Below, one piece after another: positions 15,001-29,826 of a DNA stretch of 64,000 bases. The position numbers were made by a program, and so were the translations under genes. The notes under the pieces were generated by a model. The model had not been told where the DNA came from. It worked only from the letters and a program-made list of their open reading frames with translations, and did no database searches. The first letter of the stretch is position 1; every line of letters starts with the position of its first letter. Source of the DNA: Eledone cirrhosa (taxonomy: Eukaryota); the NCBI GenBank assembly GCA_964016885.1, contig OZ024740.1, forward strand, positions 438,774,001 through 438,838,000, in the 5' to 3' direction.

Positions 15001-18000
15001 GTTAGATATGTTAGATATGTTAGACATGTTAGACATGTTATGTTAGATGTATTAGATATGTTAGATATGTTAGATATGTTAGATATGTTAGATATGTTAG
15101 ATATGTTAGACATGTTAGACATGTTAGATATGTTAGATATGTTAGATATGTTAGATATGTTAGATATGTTAGATATGTTAGATATGTTAGATATGTTGGA
15201 TATGTTATGTTAGATATGTTAGATATGTTAGATATGTTAAACAAGTTAGATATGTTAGACATGTTAGATATGCTAGACATGTTAGACATATTAGATATGT
15301 TAGATATGTTAGATATGTTAGATATGTTATGTTAGATGTATTAGATATGTTAGATATGTTAGATATGTTAGATATGTTAGATATGTTAGACATGTTAGAC
15401 ATGTTAGATATGTTAGATATGTTAGATATGTTAGATATGTTAGATATGTTAGACATGTTAGATATGTTAGATATGTTAGATATGTTAGATATGTTAGATA
15501 CGTTAGATATATTAGATATGTTAGATATGTTAGATATGTTAGACATGTTAGATATGTTAGATATGTTAGACATGTTAGATATGTTAGACATGTTAGATAT
15601 GTTAGACATGTTAGATATGTTAGACATGTTAGATATGTTAGATATGTTAGACAGGTTAGATATGTTAGACATGTTAGATATTTTAGATATGTTAGATATG
15701 TTAGACATGTTAGATATGTTAGACATGCTAGACATGTTAGACATGTTAGACATGTTAGACATGTTAGATATGTTAGATAAGTTAGACATGTTAGACATGT
15801 TAGATATGTTAGATATGTTAGACATGTTAGATATGTTAGACATGTTAGACATGTTAGATATGTTAGATATGTTAGACATGTTAGATATGTTAGACATGTT
15901 AGATATGCTAGACATGTTAGATATGTTAGATATGTTAGACATGTTAGATATGTTAGACATGTTTGATATGTTAGACATGATAGATATGTTAGATATGTTA
16001 GATATTTTATATATGTTAGATATGTTATATATGTTAGATATGTTACACATGTTAGATATGTTAGATATGTTAGATATGTTATGTTAGATATGTTAGATAT
16101 GTTAGATATGTTAGACATGTTAGATATGTTAGACATGTTAGATATGCTAGACATGTTAGAGATGTTAGATATGTTAGATATGTTAGACATGTAAGACATG
16201 TTAGATATGTTAGATATGTTAGACATGTTAGATATGTTAGATATGTTAGATATGTTAGACATGTTAGATATGTTAGATATGTTAGATATGTTAGATATGT
16301 TAGATATGTTAAATATGTTAGATATGTTAGATATGTTAGATATTTTAGACATGTTAGAGATGTTAGATATGTTAGACATGTTAGATATGTTAGATATGTT
16401 AGATATTTTAGATATGTTAGATATGTCAGATATGTTAGATATGTTAGATATGTTAGATATGTTAGATATGTTAGATATGTTAGAGATGTTAGATATGTTA
16501 GATATGTTAGACATGTTAGACATGTTAGATATGTTAGATATGTTAGATATGTTAGATATGTTAGATATGTTAGACATGTTAGACATGTTAGACATGTTAG
16601 ACATGTTAGATATGTTAGATATGTTAGACATGTTATGTTAGATATGCTAGATATGTTAGACATGTTAGATATGTTAGATGTGTTATGTTAGATATGTTAG
16701 ACATGTTAGATATGTTAGACATGTTAGATATGTTATGTTAGATTTGTTAGATATGTTATGTTAGATATGTTAGATATGTTAGATATGTTAGACGTGTTAG
16801 ATATGTTAGATATGTTAGATATGTTAAATACGTTAGACATGTTAGATATGTTAGATATGTTAGATATGTTATGTTAGATATGTTAGATATGTTATGTTAG
16901 ATATGTTAGATGTGTTATGTTTGATATGTTAGACATGTTAGATATGTTAGATATGTTAGATATGTTATGTTAGACATGTTAGATATGTTATGTTAGATAT
17001 GTTAGACATGTAAGATATGTTATGTTAGATATGTTAGACATGTTAGATATGTTAGATATGTTAGATATGTTACGTGAGATATGTTAGACATGTTAGATAA
17101 GTTAGATATGTTAGACATGTTAGTTATGTTAGATATGTTAGATATGTTAGATATGTTAGATATGTTAGATATGTTAGATATGTTAGATATGTTAGACATG
17201 TTAGATATGTTAGATATGTTAGACATGTTAGATATGTTAGACATGTTAGATATGTTAGATATGTTAGATATGTTAGATATGTTAGATATGTTAGACATGT
17301 TAGATATGTTAGATATGTTAGATATGTTAGATATGTTAGATATGTTAGATTTGTTAGAGATGTTAGATATGTTAGATATGTTAGACATGTTAGACATATT
17401 AGATATGTTAGATATGTTAGATATGTTAGATATGTTAAATATGTTAGATATGTTAGACATGTTAGATATGTTAGATATGTTAGATATGTTAGATATGTTA
17501 GATATGTTATATATGTTAGATAAGTTAGATATGTTAGATATGTTAGACATGTTAGATATGTTAGATATGTTAGATATGTTAGATATGTTAGATATGTTAG
17601 ATATGTTAGACATGTTAGATATGTTAGATATGTTAGACATGTTAGATATGTTAGACATGTTAGATATGTTAGATATGTTAGATATGTTAGACATGTTAGA
17701 TATGTTAGATATGTTAGATATGTTAGATATGTTATGTTAGATATGTTAGATATGTTAGATATGTTAAACATGTTAGATATGTTAGACATGTTAGATATGC
17801 TAGACATGTTAGAGATGTTAGATATGTTAGATATGTTAGACATGTTAGACATGTTAGATATGTTAGATATGTTAGATATGTTAGACATGTTAGATATGTT
17901 AGACATGTTAGATATGTTAGATATGTTAGACATGTTAGATATGTTAGATATGATAGATATGTTAGATTTGTTAGAGATGTTAGATATGTTAGATATGTTA

Positions 18001-21000
18001 GACATGTTAGACATATTAGATATGTTAGATATGTTAGATATGTAAGATATGTTAAATATGTTAGACATGTTAGATATGTTAGATATGTTAGACATGTTAG
18101 ATATGTTAGATATGTTAGACATGTTAGATATGTTAGATATGTTAGATATGTTAGATATGTTAGATATGTTATATATGTTAGATAAGTTAGATATGTTAGA
18201 TATGTTAGACATGTTAGATATGTTAGATATGTTAGATATGTTAGATATGTTAGATATGTTAGACATGTTAGATATGTTAGATATGTTAGATATGTTAAAT
18301 ATGTTAGACATGTTAGATATGTTAGATATGTTAGATATGTTAGATATGTTAGATATGTTAGACATGTTAGATATGTTAGATATGTTAGACATGTTAGATA
18401 TGTTAGACATGTTAGATATGTTAGATATGTTAGATATGTTAGACATGTTAGATATGTTAGACATGTTAGATATGTTAGACATTTTAGACATGTAAGATAT
18501 GTTAGATATGTCAGACATGTTAGATATGTTAGATATGTTAGATATATTAGATATGTTAGATATGTTAGATATATTAGATATGTTAGATATGTTAGATATG
18601 TTAGATATGTTAGACATGTTAGATATGTTAGATATGCTAGACATGTTAGATATGTTAGATATGTTAGACAGGTTAGATATGTTAGACATGCTAGATATGT
18701 TAGACATGTTTGATATGTTAGACATGATATATATGTTAGATATGTTAGATATGTTATATATGTTAGATATGTTATATATGTTAGATATGTTAGACATGTT
18801 AGATATGTTAGATATGTTAGATATGTTGGATATGTTATGTTAGATATGTTAGATATGTTAGATATGTTAAACAAGTTAGATATGTTAGACATGTTAGATA
18901 TGCTAGACATGTTAGAGATGTTAGATATGTTAGATATGTTAGACATGTTAGACATGTTATGTTAGATGTATTAGATATGTTAGATATGTTAGATATGTTA
19001 GATATGTTAGATATGTTAGATATGTTAGACATGTTAGACATGTTAGATATGTTAGATATGTTAGATATGTTAGATATGTTAGATATGTTAGATATGTTAG
19101 ATATGTTAGATATGTTAGATATGTTGGATATGTTATGTTAGATATGTTAGATATGTTAGATATGTTAAACAAGTTAGATATGTTAGACATGTTAGATATG
19201 CTAGACATGTTAGACATATTAGATATGTTAGATATGTTAGATATGTTAGATATGTTATGTTAGATGTATTAGATATGTTAGATATGTTAGATATGTTAGA
19301 TATGTTAGATATGTTAGATATGTTAGACATGTTAGACATGTTAGATATGTTAGATATGTTAGATATGTTAGATATGTTAGATATGTTAGATATGTTAGAT
19401 ACGTTAGATATATTAGATATGTTAGATATGTTAGATATGTTAGACATGTTAGATATGTTAGATATGTTAGACATGTTAGATATGTTAGACATGTTAGATA
19501 TGTTAGACATGTTAGATATGTTAGACATGTTAGATATGTTAGATATGTTAGACAGGTTAGATATGTTAGACATGTTAGATATTTTAGATATGTTAGATAT
19601 GTTAGACATGTTAGATATGTTAGACATGCTAGACATGTTAGACATGTTAGACATGTTAGACATGTTAGATATGTTAGATAAGTTAGACATGTTAGACATG
19701 TTAGATATGTTAGATATGTTAGACATGTTAGATATGTTAGACATGTTAGACATGTTAGATATGTTAGATATGTTAGACATGTTAGATATGTTAGACATGT
19801 TAGATATGCTAGACATGTTAGATATGTTAGATATGTTAGACATGTTAGATATGTTAGACATGTTTGATATGTTAGACATGATAGATATGTTAGATATGTT
19901 AGATATTTTATATATGTTAGATATGTTATATATGTTAGATATGTTACACATGTTAGATATGTTAGATATGTTAGATATGTTATGTTAGATATGTTAGATA
20001 TGTTAGATATGTTAGACATGTTAGATATGTTAGACATGTTAGATATGCTAGACATGTTAGAGATGTTAGATATGTTAGATATGTTAGACATGTAAGACAT
20101 GTTAGATATGTTAGATATGTTAGACATGTTAGATATGTTAGATATGTTAGATATGTTAGACATGTTAGATATGTTAGATATGTTAGATATGTTAGATATG
20201 TTAGATATGTTAAATATGTTAGATATGTTAGATATGTTAGATATTTTAGACATGTTAGAGATGTTAGATATGTTAGACATGTTAGATATGTTAGATATGT
20301 TAGATATTTTAGATATGTTAGATATGTCAGATATGTTAGATATGTTAGATATGTTAGATATGTTAGATATGTTAGATATGTTAGAGATGTTAGATATGTT
20401 AGATATGTTAGACATGTTAGACATGTTAGATATGTTAGATATGTTAGACATGTTAGATATGTTAGATATGTTAGATATGTTAGATATGTTAGATATGTTA
20501 GACATGTTAGACATGTTAGACATGTTAGACATGTTAGACATGTTAGACATGTTAGATATGTTAGATATGTTAGACATGTTATGTTAGATATGCTAGATAT
20601 GTTAGACATGTTAGATATGTTAGATGTGTTATGTTAGATATGTTAGACATGTTAGATATGTTAGACATGTTAGATATGTTATGTTAGATTTGTTAGATAT
20701 GTTATGTTAGATATGTTAGATATGTTAGATATGTTAGACATGTTAGATATGTTAAATACGTTAGACATGTTAGATATGTTAGATATGTTAGATATGTTAT
20801 GTTAGATATGTTAGATATGTTATGTTAGATATGTTAGATATGTTATGTTAGATATGTTAGACATGTAAGATATGTTATGTTAGATATGTTAGACATGTTA
20901 GATATGTTAGATATGTTAGATATGTTACGTGAGATATGTTAGATATGTTAGACATGTTAGTTATGTTAGATATGTTAGATATGTTAGACATGTTAGATAT

Positions 21001-24000
21001 GTTAGATATGTTAGATATGTTATGTTAGACATGTTAGATATGTTATGTTAGATATGTTAGACATGTAAGATATGTTATGTTAGATATGTTAGACATGTTA
21101 GATATGTTAGATATGTTAGATATGTTACGTGAGATATGTTAGATATGTTAGACATGTTAGTTATGTTAGATATGTTAGATATGTTAGACATGTTAGATAT
21201 GTTAGATATGTTAGATATGTTAGATATGTTAGACATGTTAGATATGTTAGACATGTTAGATATGTTAGATATGTTAGATATGTTAGACATGTTAGATATG
21301 TTAGACATGTTAGATATGTTAGACATGTTAGACATGTAAGATATGTTAGATATGTTAGACATGTTAGATATGTTAGATATGTTAGATATATTAGATATGT
21401 TAGATATGTTAGATATGTTAGATATGTTAGATATGTTAGATATGTTAGACATGTTAGATATGTTAGATATGTTAGATATGTTAGATATGTTAGATATGTT
21501 AGATATGTTAGATATGTTAGATACGTTAGATATATTAGATATGTTAGATATGTTAGATATGTTAGACATGTTAGATATGTTAGATATGTTAGACATGTTA
21601 GATATGTTAGATATGTTAGATATGTTAGATATGTTAGACATGTTAGATATGTTATGTTAGACATGTTAGATATGTTAGACATGTTAGATATTTTAGATAT
21701 GTTCGATATGTTAGATATGTTAGACATGTTAGATATGTTAGACATGTTATATATATTATACATGTTAGATATGTTACACATGTTAGATATGTTAGTTATG
21801 TTAGACATGTTAGATATGTTAGATATGTTAGACATGTTAGATATGTTAGACATGTTAGATATGTTAGATATGTTAGATATGTCAGATATTTTAGACATGT
21901 TAGATATGTTAGACATGTTAGATATTTTAGATATGTTAGATATTGTAGATATGTTAGACATGTAAGACATGTTAGATATGTTAGACATGTTAGATATGTT
22001 AGACATGTTAGATATGTTAGAGATGTTAGATATGTTAGACATGTTAGATATGTTAGATATGTTAGATATGTTAGATATGTTAGACATGTTAGATATTTTA
22101 GATATGTTAGATATGTTAGACATGTTAGACATGTTAGATATGTTAGACATGTTAGACATGTTAGACATGTTAGACATGTTAGACATGTTAGATATGTTAG
22201 ACATGTTAGACATGTTAGATATGTTAGATATGTTAGACATGTTAGATATGTTTGACATGTTAGATATGTTAGACATGTTTGATATGTTAGACATGTTAGA
22301 TATGTTAGATATGTTAGATATGTTAGATATGTTAGACATGTTAGATATGTTAGATATGTTAGATATGTTAGACATGTTAGATATGTTAGATATGTTAGAT
22401 ATGTTAGATATGTTAGATATGTTAGATATGCTAGACATGTTAGATATGTTAGACATGTTAGACATGTTAGATATGTTAGACATGTTAGACATGTTAGATA
22501 TGTTAGATATGTTAGACAGGTTAGACATGTTAGACATGTTAGACATGTTAGATATGTTAGACATGTTAGACATGTTAGATATGTTAGATATGTTAGACAG
22601 GTTAGACATGTTAGACATGTTAGATATGTTAGACATGTTAGACATGTTAGATATGTTAGATATGTTAGACATGTTAGATATGTTAGACATGTTAGATATG
22701 TTAGATATGTTAGACATGTTAGATATGTTAGACATGTTAGATATGTTAGACATGTTAGACATGTTAGATATGTTAGATATGTTAGACATGTTAGATATGT
22801 TAGATATGTTAGATATGTTAGATATGTTAGATATGTTAGACATGTTAGATATGTTAGATATGCTAGACATGTTAGATATGTTAGATATGTTAGATATGTT
22901 AGATATGTTAGATATGCTAGACATGTTAGATATGTTAGACATGTTAGACATGTTAGATATGTTAGACATGTTAGACATGTTAGATATGTTAGATATGTTA
23001 GACAGGTTAGACATGTTAGACATGTTAGACATGTTAGATATGTTAGACATGTTAGACATGTTAGATATGTTAGATATGTTAGACAGGTTAGATATGTTAG
23101 ACATGTTAGATATGTTAGACATGTTAGACATGTTAGATATGTTAGATATGTTAGACATGTTAGATATGTTAGACATGTTAGATATGTTAGATATGTTAGA
23201 CATGTTAGATATGTTAGACATGTTAGATATGTTAGACATGTTAGACATGTTAGATATGTTAGATATGTTAGACATGTTAGATATGTTAGATATGTTAGAT
23301 ATGTTAGATATGTTAGATATGTTAGACATGTTAGATATGTTAGATATGCTAGACATGTTAGATATGTTAGATATGTTAGATATGTTAGATATGTTAGATA
23401 TGTTAGATATGTTAGACATGTTAGATATGTTAGATATGTTAGATATGTTAGATATGTTAGATATGTTAGACATGTTAGATATGTTAGATATGCTAGACAT
23501 GTTAGATATGTTAGATATGTTAGATATGTTAGATATGTTAGACATGTTAGATATGTTAGATATGCTAGACATGTTAGATATGTTAGATAAGTTAGATATG
23601 TTAGATATGTTAGACATGTTAGATATGTTAGATATGTTAGACATGTTAGATATGTTAGATATGCTAGACATGTTAGATATGTTAGATATGTTAGACAGGT
23701 TAGATATGTTAGACATGTTAGATATGTTAGACATGTTTGATATGTTAGACATGATAGATATGTTAGATATGTTAGATATGTTATATATGTTAGATATGTT
23801 AGACATGTTAGACATGTTAGAGATGTTAGATATGTTAGACATGTTAGATATGTTACACATGTTAGATATGTTAGATATGTTAGACAGGTTAGATATGTTA
23901 GACATGTTAGATATGTTAGACATGTTTGATATGTTAGACATGATAGATATGTTAGATATGTTAGATATGTTAGATATGTTAGATATGTTAGATATGTTAG

Positions 24001-25190
24001 ACATGTTAGATATGTTAGACATGTTAGATATGCTAGACATGTTAGAGATGTTAGATATGTTAGATATGTTAGACATGTTAGACATGTTAGAGATGTTAGA
24101 TATGTTAGACATGTTAGATATGTTAAATATGTTAGATATTTTAGATATGTTAGATATGTTAGATATGTTAGAGATGTTAGATATGTTAGATATGTTAGTC
24201 ATGTTAGACATGTTAGATATGTTAGATATGTTAGACATGTTAGATATGTTAGATATGTTAGATATGTTAGATATGTTAGATATGTTAGACATGTTAGACA
24301 TGTTAGACATGTTAGACATGTTAGACATGTTAGACATGTTAGATATGTTAGATATGTTAGACATGTTAGACATGTTAGATATGTTAGATATGTTATGTTA
24401 GATATGCTAGATATGTTAGACATGTTAGATATGTTAGACATGTTAGATATGTTAGACATGTTAGATATGTTATGTTAGATATGTTAGATATGTTATGTTA
24501 GATATGTTAGATATGTTAGATATGTTAGACATGTTAGATATGTTAGATATGTTAGACATGTTAGATATGTTAGATATGTTAGATATGTTAGATATGTTAA
24601 ATACGTTAGACATGTTAGATATGTTAGATATGTTAGATATGTTATGTTAGATATGTTAGATATGTTATGTTAGATATGTTAGATGTGTTATGTTTGATAT
24701 GTTAGACATGTTAGATATGTTAGATATGTTAGATATGTTATGTTAGACATGTTAGATATGTTATGTTAGATATGTTAGACATGTAAGATATGTTATGTTA
24801 GATATGTTAGACATGTTAAATATGTTAGATATGTTAGATATGTTATGTGAGATATGTTAGATATGTTATGTGAGATATGTTAGATATGTTATGTGAGATA
24901 TGTTAGATATGTTATGTTAGATATGTTAGATATGTTATGTGAGATATGTTAGATATGTTAGACATGTTAGATATGTTATGTTAGATATGTTAGATATGTT
25001 AGACATGTTAGAGATATTAGATATGTTAGATATGTTAGATATGTTAGATATTATATGTTAGTAATGTTAGATATGTTAGATATGTTAGATATGTTAGATA
25101 TGTTAGATATGTTATGTTAGATATGTTATATATTATATGTTAGTAATGTTATATATGTTTGATATGTTAGATATGTACATTAAGTTAGAT
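1..25190. repeat. 9-bp satellite array, consensus TTAGAYATG (about 2,800 units), with 5-bp TTATG deletion variants and higher-order repeats; runs off the window start
   Basis: Continuous TTAGATATG/TTAGACATG units. Rare variant AAATACGTT recurs at 1572, 5500, 9395, 12504, 16826, 20754 and 24599. The array degenerates at about 25130-25190. Confidence 0.98.
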
Positions 25191-26348
25191 ATCAGTATTA
25201 ATATTATTGTTTTTATTAGTTTTCCATCTACAAGATCTTTCTTATCTCTGTAATTTATATTTACCGTTATAATAATCCTGTTTCTACTATAAACTTCCCA
25301 CCCATTCTTATTCCATGTGTGAACACATGCACATGTGCACGCATGACCAATCAAGCATATACAAACAAGTTTCTATGATTATAACTTAATTCCCACATAT
25401 CTATTATTTATCCTGTTAAATAATATTCTAAATACTATTACTCTTCTATACCCATCATCCCTCGCCCATTAGATTTTCGCTTGCTAATAGGTGAAAGGTT
25501 GTCTCTCATCACCAGATATATACGTGAGTTCGAGAGCTAGGACAGCAATGGCCAAGTCGCAGCGGGAGTCAAACCACTCCATTCAAATCACAATATTATA
25601 GAATGTTCCAGAATGAAGCGGAGAGAAAGAGAGACAATAGCTGTTGATAAAAAAAGGTGTATTAAAATAACAAACAAAGTTCGAACAACAATCAAAGAAA
25701 AGCGCCTACACAAACATATCTAATACCGAGGTCAGTGATTAGTTTTCTTGCATATAAACTAACACTAGGTGGTACTTTCCGTCATCAACTCACACGTTGC
25801 AGTGAACAATAGCAAGACACCCAAGTCTTACCGTGTTGATAGATTAAGGTCCCTCAGCTATGTGAATGCCCGTCACGATTTCTACCTATATATATATGTG
25901 TTGATATCCTTTGCTTCGTAGATAATGATGTGTCACCCATAAGAATTCTTCTTTCCCGTAGGAAATATCTTTCTTAGAATAACTACAGAATTACAAGGTT
26001 GAAACACAAAGCTAGAGCGAATGGTAGACAGCAGAGAGTCTTGAAAGGCATAACGTTATTAAGTTTATGAAACCACAGCAGGTAGTGTAGCTTTTAATAT
26101 AATGCATTGAATAACGACAGGCTTTTTTGAAAATAGTTTCGTTACTGAACTCTCACGAAACTTACTATTGATAACAAATGATTAAAAAAAGATGACGAAG
26201 ATGATATATTTACTACAGCATTGCGTTCGTTTTTTTCTTATTTACTACGGACAACATCGTTAATTGTGCGTGTGTGTGTGTGTGGGAAGGTGTGATGTCG
26301 ATTTCTAAATATGTTTTCTATATTTTTCTTCAACTTTCTCAGCTATCG

Positions 26349-26745
26349 ACATACACACACAAACACACATACGCACACACATACACACACATACACACAT
26401 ACGCACACACATACACACACATACACACACATGCACACCCATACACACACAAACACACATACGCACACACATACACACACAAACACATACGCACACACAT
26501 ACGCACGCATACACACGCATACACACACATACACACACAAACACGCACATACACACACAAACACACAAACACATACGCACACACACACACACACAAACAC
26601 ACACAAACAAACACATACACACACAAACACACAAAACACACAAACATACACACACACATACACACAGAAACACACAGAAACAAACACAAACACACACAAA
26701 CACACACAGACTACAAACAAACACACAAACACACATACGCACACA
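26349..26745. repeat. Compound (CA)n/CATA/CAAA microsatellite
   Basis: Directly visible; it explains the HT/CV ORFs. Confidence 0.95.
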
Positions 26746-26756
26746 TCTGATTCTTT

Positions 26757-26758
26757 TC

Positions 26759-26791
<33 letters not shown>

Positions 26792-27115
26792 CTTCTCTCT
26801 TCTCTCTATATATATATGTATATATATATATATATGTGTGTATGTATGTATATATATATATATGTAAAGGTGAGAGTGTGTGTGAGAGAGACAAGGAGAG
26901 GAAGAGAGGGGGAGGGAGAGAGAGAAGGAGAGGAACAGAGGAAGGGAGGGAGAGAGAGATAAGAGAGAGAGAGGTGGAGAGAGAGAGGGAGATATGGAGA
27001 GAACTAGAGGGAGAGAGAGTGAGGGAGAGGGAGAATGAGAGAGAGAAGGAGAGGGGGAGAGAGGGAGGGAGAAAGAGAGTGAGAGGGAGAGGGAGGGAGA
27101 GAGAGAAGGAGAGGT

Positions 27116-27156
<41 letters not shown>

Positions 27157-27165
27157 AGGAGAGAG
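26757..27165. repeat. (CT)n, (TA)n and degenerate (GA)n polypurine tract
   Basis: Directly visible. Confidence 0.93.
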
Positions 27166-27881
27166 GATCAAAAATATAATCTAGTTACTTGAAGATAGTC
27201 TATCTCTGGTCAGTAACTAATGTGAGGGCAACATGTTATATTGGCCAGTCACACCCGGGCATACCTTAGATCCTATCACACGAAGACCCTACATATCACC
27301 ATAGTCTTTTAAACACCAGTACACAGTTTGTTTCAAATACTAACAAAGTTCAGTATCAAACTAAAATTGCTCAATGTTTAGGAATAAATAAACCACAGAA
27401 TATAAATAGAAATTACATATTCATGTGGTCTTAGAAGAAATGTTAAGGACTATAAAGGCTTTAGAAATATATTACAGCAAACCGTTACAGTTATAAATAG
27501 TGTAACGGAAGTTGTGACCTTTCAGAGAAGCTGAATACAATATTTCATGAAAGGTCGCATCTTGAAACAAAATGTTCAGAATTGAAATTTTTTTTGGCGA
27601 TTTTTTCTTTGACATGACTAATCAAAATATTTGTTAAAATATTTTGAATTACCCAACAGCTGAAAACTGAATAGCCTCCTAACACAAGTATTTACCTGTA
27701 AAAAGGTTAGAAAATATTACTTGGCGTGTATCAAATCTTAGTTTTCTTTATCATCCTGAAATCAGAAACGAAAGTGTCTGGACAACTGATGGACTCATAC
27801 AATATCGTTCAGAATACATGGAAATATTTCGTATTCTTAACATGCTTATTGAACACATTTTAGACACACACACACTCTCAT

Positions 27882-27914
<33 letters not shown>

Positions 27915-28087
27915 CACACCCATATATATATATATATATATATAATATATATATATATAATATAGGAGGTGAGTTTTATTGTAGTACAATAAAGCAATGC
28001 AGATATCGGATAAGAAGCACTCTACAGTTTGTAGGACTGGAGTATACATAATATATAAGAACAAAAGATGGTTAAAAGAGTTCCATG

Positions 28088-28158
28088 TATTTTATTATGC
28101 GCATTTCAAAAACAAATATCATCATGCAATAATATTTGTGTTTTCATCAGATAAAACA
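28088..28158 (-). ncRNA. Minimal type I hammerhead ribozyme, family A pLTR
   Basis: Minus strand: TGTTTTAT-CTGATGA-long stem II-GAAA-TGCGCA-TA-ATAAAATA. Stem I has 8 bp and stem III is palindromic. Confidence 0.85.
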
Positions 28159-29036
28159 GGAAGACATATGAAGGTTAAAAAACACTTGTGGATAGGGCAG
28201 TTTTAAATCAACATATGAGAAGTAGTTTTAGATTGATGTGTGATATTGGGAAAAATATTTTATTTTGAGGGGGGGGGGATGAAAAAGAGGAGGAGATGAG
28301 AGTAAAAAGTGGAGAGGGAGGAGTATAATGAGGAAGGATGAGATAGGAGGAGAGATGGGTGATAGAGAGAGAGAGATAGCTTTTATAACTGAGAAAGATA
28401 TATTGTTTTACATAGAGAGGTTGAAAGCCGTTGGAAGATAATGTATAAATTAAAAGAATTTGAAAATTAACGAAGAGAAAAATAATGTAAAGTTAAGGTT
28501 TGTATATTGAGGGGTTTAATAATATGTGCGATGAAAAGAAAAATTTAATATGTATTAAGAATGATATTTAGGGTTTAATAATATGTGCGATGGAAAGAAA
28601 ATGTTGATATGTATTATTAAAAAGAACAACAGGTAATTTAAGTAAGGATATATTGTGAGATGAGCATGAATGAGTTAGATGAAAGGGAGAAAAGAATAAT
28701 GAATTGAGGATGAATAATCTAACGTCAAAAAAATGTTTGTTTACGAAGGATTTTTACAAGGTGATATAGAGTAAGAATGTATTGTATTATGTAATAATTG
28801 ATTCTATGTTAGGCAACAGTGAGAAAAGGTACAGATTAGGGGTTAGACATTAAAAGAAAAAGAGAAGAAAGGGAAGTGATAAATAGGAGCGATATAGAAT
28901 GAGTAACAAGTATTATAGAAATACTTATTATAGAAATTATTGAAATAAGGTAGAAAGATGGGTATATTTTTAAAGAAGTGTATATATATATAGGTGACTT
29001 TGAGAAAAAAATTCTAAATTGATAGAGATTTGGATA

Positions 29037-29621
29037 TTAGCTGTATACTTTGTGGAATGTTTTGTGGAATTAATGCAAGCATATAGAAAACAAGTCAGTG
29101 CGTCTATTTATTATAGAATCTAAATTAGATATAATGGTAAATTTTTCATTTAGACAGAGATTGCAAATTTTGGATAGAGAACTGTTCAAGTATCGAGACG
29201 CAGAAGAAACCTTCTTCCAAAAGATGCTATATTTAATATTTTTGTCTTTCAAGGACCATATGAGTTCTGAGAGAGCCGTGTTGGTTCTTTTAAGTTTGTA
29301 TTTAGAAGACGAATGATGGTTATAAAGACTAGCTTTAAAAGAGGTGGAAGTGGAGCCAAAATAGATGAAGGAATTGGTGTCAGTTATAACTTTACATTCG
29401 TAAATTAAGTTTTTATCAAGACAATGGTTGATGAGAGGACATTTATTTTTAACAGGGCAATTGCAATTGCGATTAGAGAGATTATTAACGAGTGACCTAG
29501 TGTTATCTATAGAAGGAATTGGATTGGAGAAGTTATTTGCGATAGGAATAATAGTTTCTTGATTTAGAATGGGATTAAGAACATTTAGCGAAGTTGTGTT
29601 TGACGTTGTATTTCAGTTTGC
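29037..29621 (-). pseudogene. PLE GIY-YIG endonuclease remnant (family A copy 1)
   Basis: CNCPVKNKCPL...YECKV...YFGSTSTSFK...CNLCLNEKF...RRTDLFSICLH; premature TAA at 29070; paralog of ORF 36701-37777. Confidence 0.88.
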
Positions 29622-29755
29622 ATCCTTTCCACCCCCACCCCCTCAAAATAAAATATTTTTCCCAATATCACACATCAATCTAAAACTACTTCTCATGTGT
29701 TGATTTAAAATTGCACTATAAACAAGTGTTTTTTAACCTTCATATCATGTCTTCC

Positions 29756-29826
29756 TGTTTTATCTGATGAAAACACAAATATTATTGCATGATGATATTT
29801 GTTTTTGAAATGCGCATAATAAAATA
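29756..29826 (+). ncRNA. Minimal type I hammerhead ribozyme in the inverted pLTR of A1
   Basis: CTGATGA 29764-29770; hairpin ACAAATATTATT/GATGATATTTGT; GAAA 29807-29810; TGCGCA, TA, then ATAAAATA pairing with TGTTTTAT. Confidence 0.88.

Noticed and set aside
55-24459. Long ORFs (MLD)n, (SNI)n, (TYL)n, (VRY)n up to 1070 aa
   Set aside because: Automatic consequence of a 9-bp monomer lacking stops in several frames on both strands; frame-shifting 5-bp units are tolerated freely.
1-25190. Telomeric repeat (contains TTAG, G-biased strand)
   Set aside because: No G-run, not TTAGGG; kilobase-scale copying of variants indicates recombinational amplification, not telomerase synthesis. Chromosomal position is unknown.
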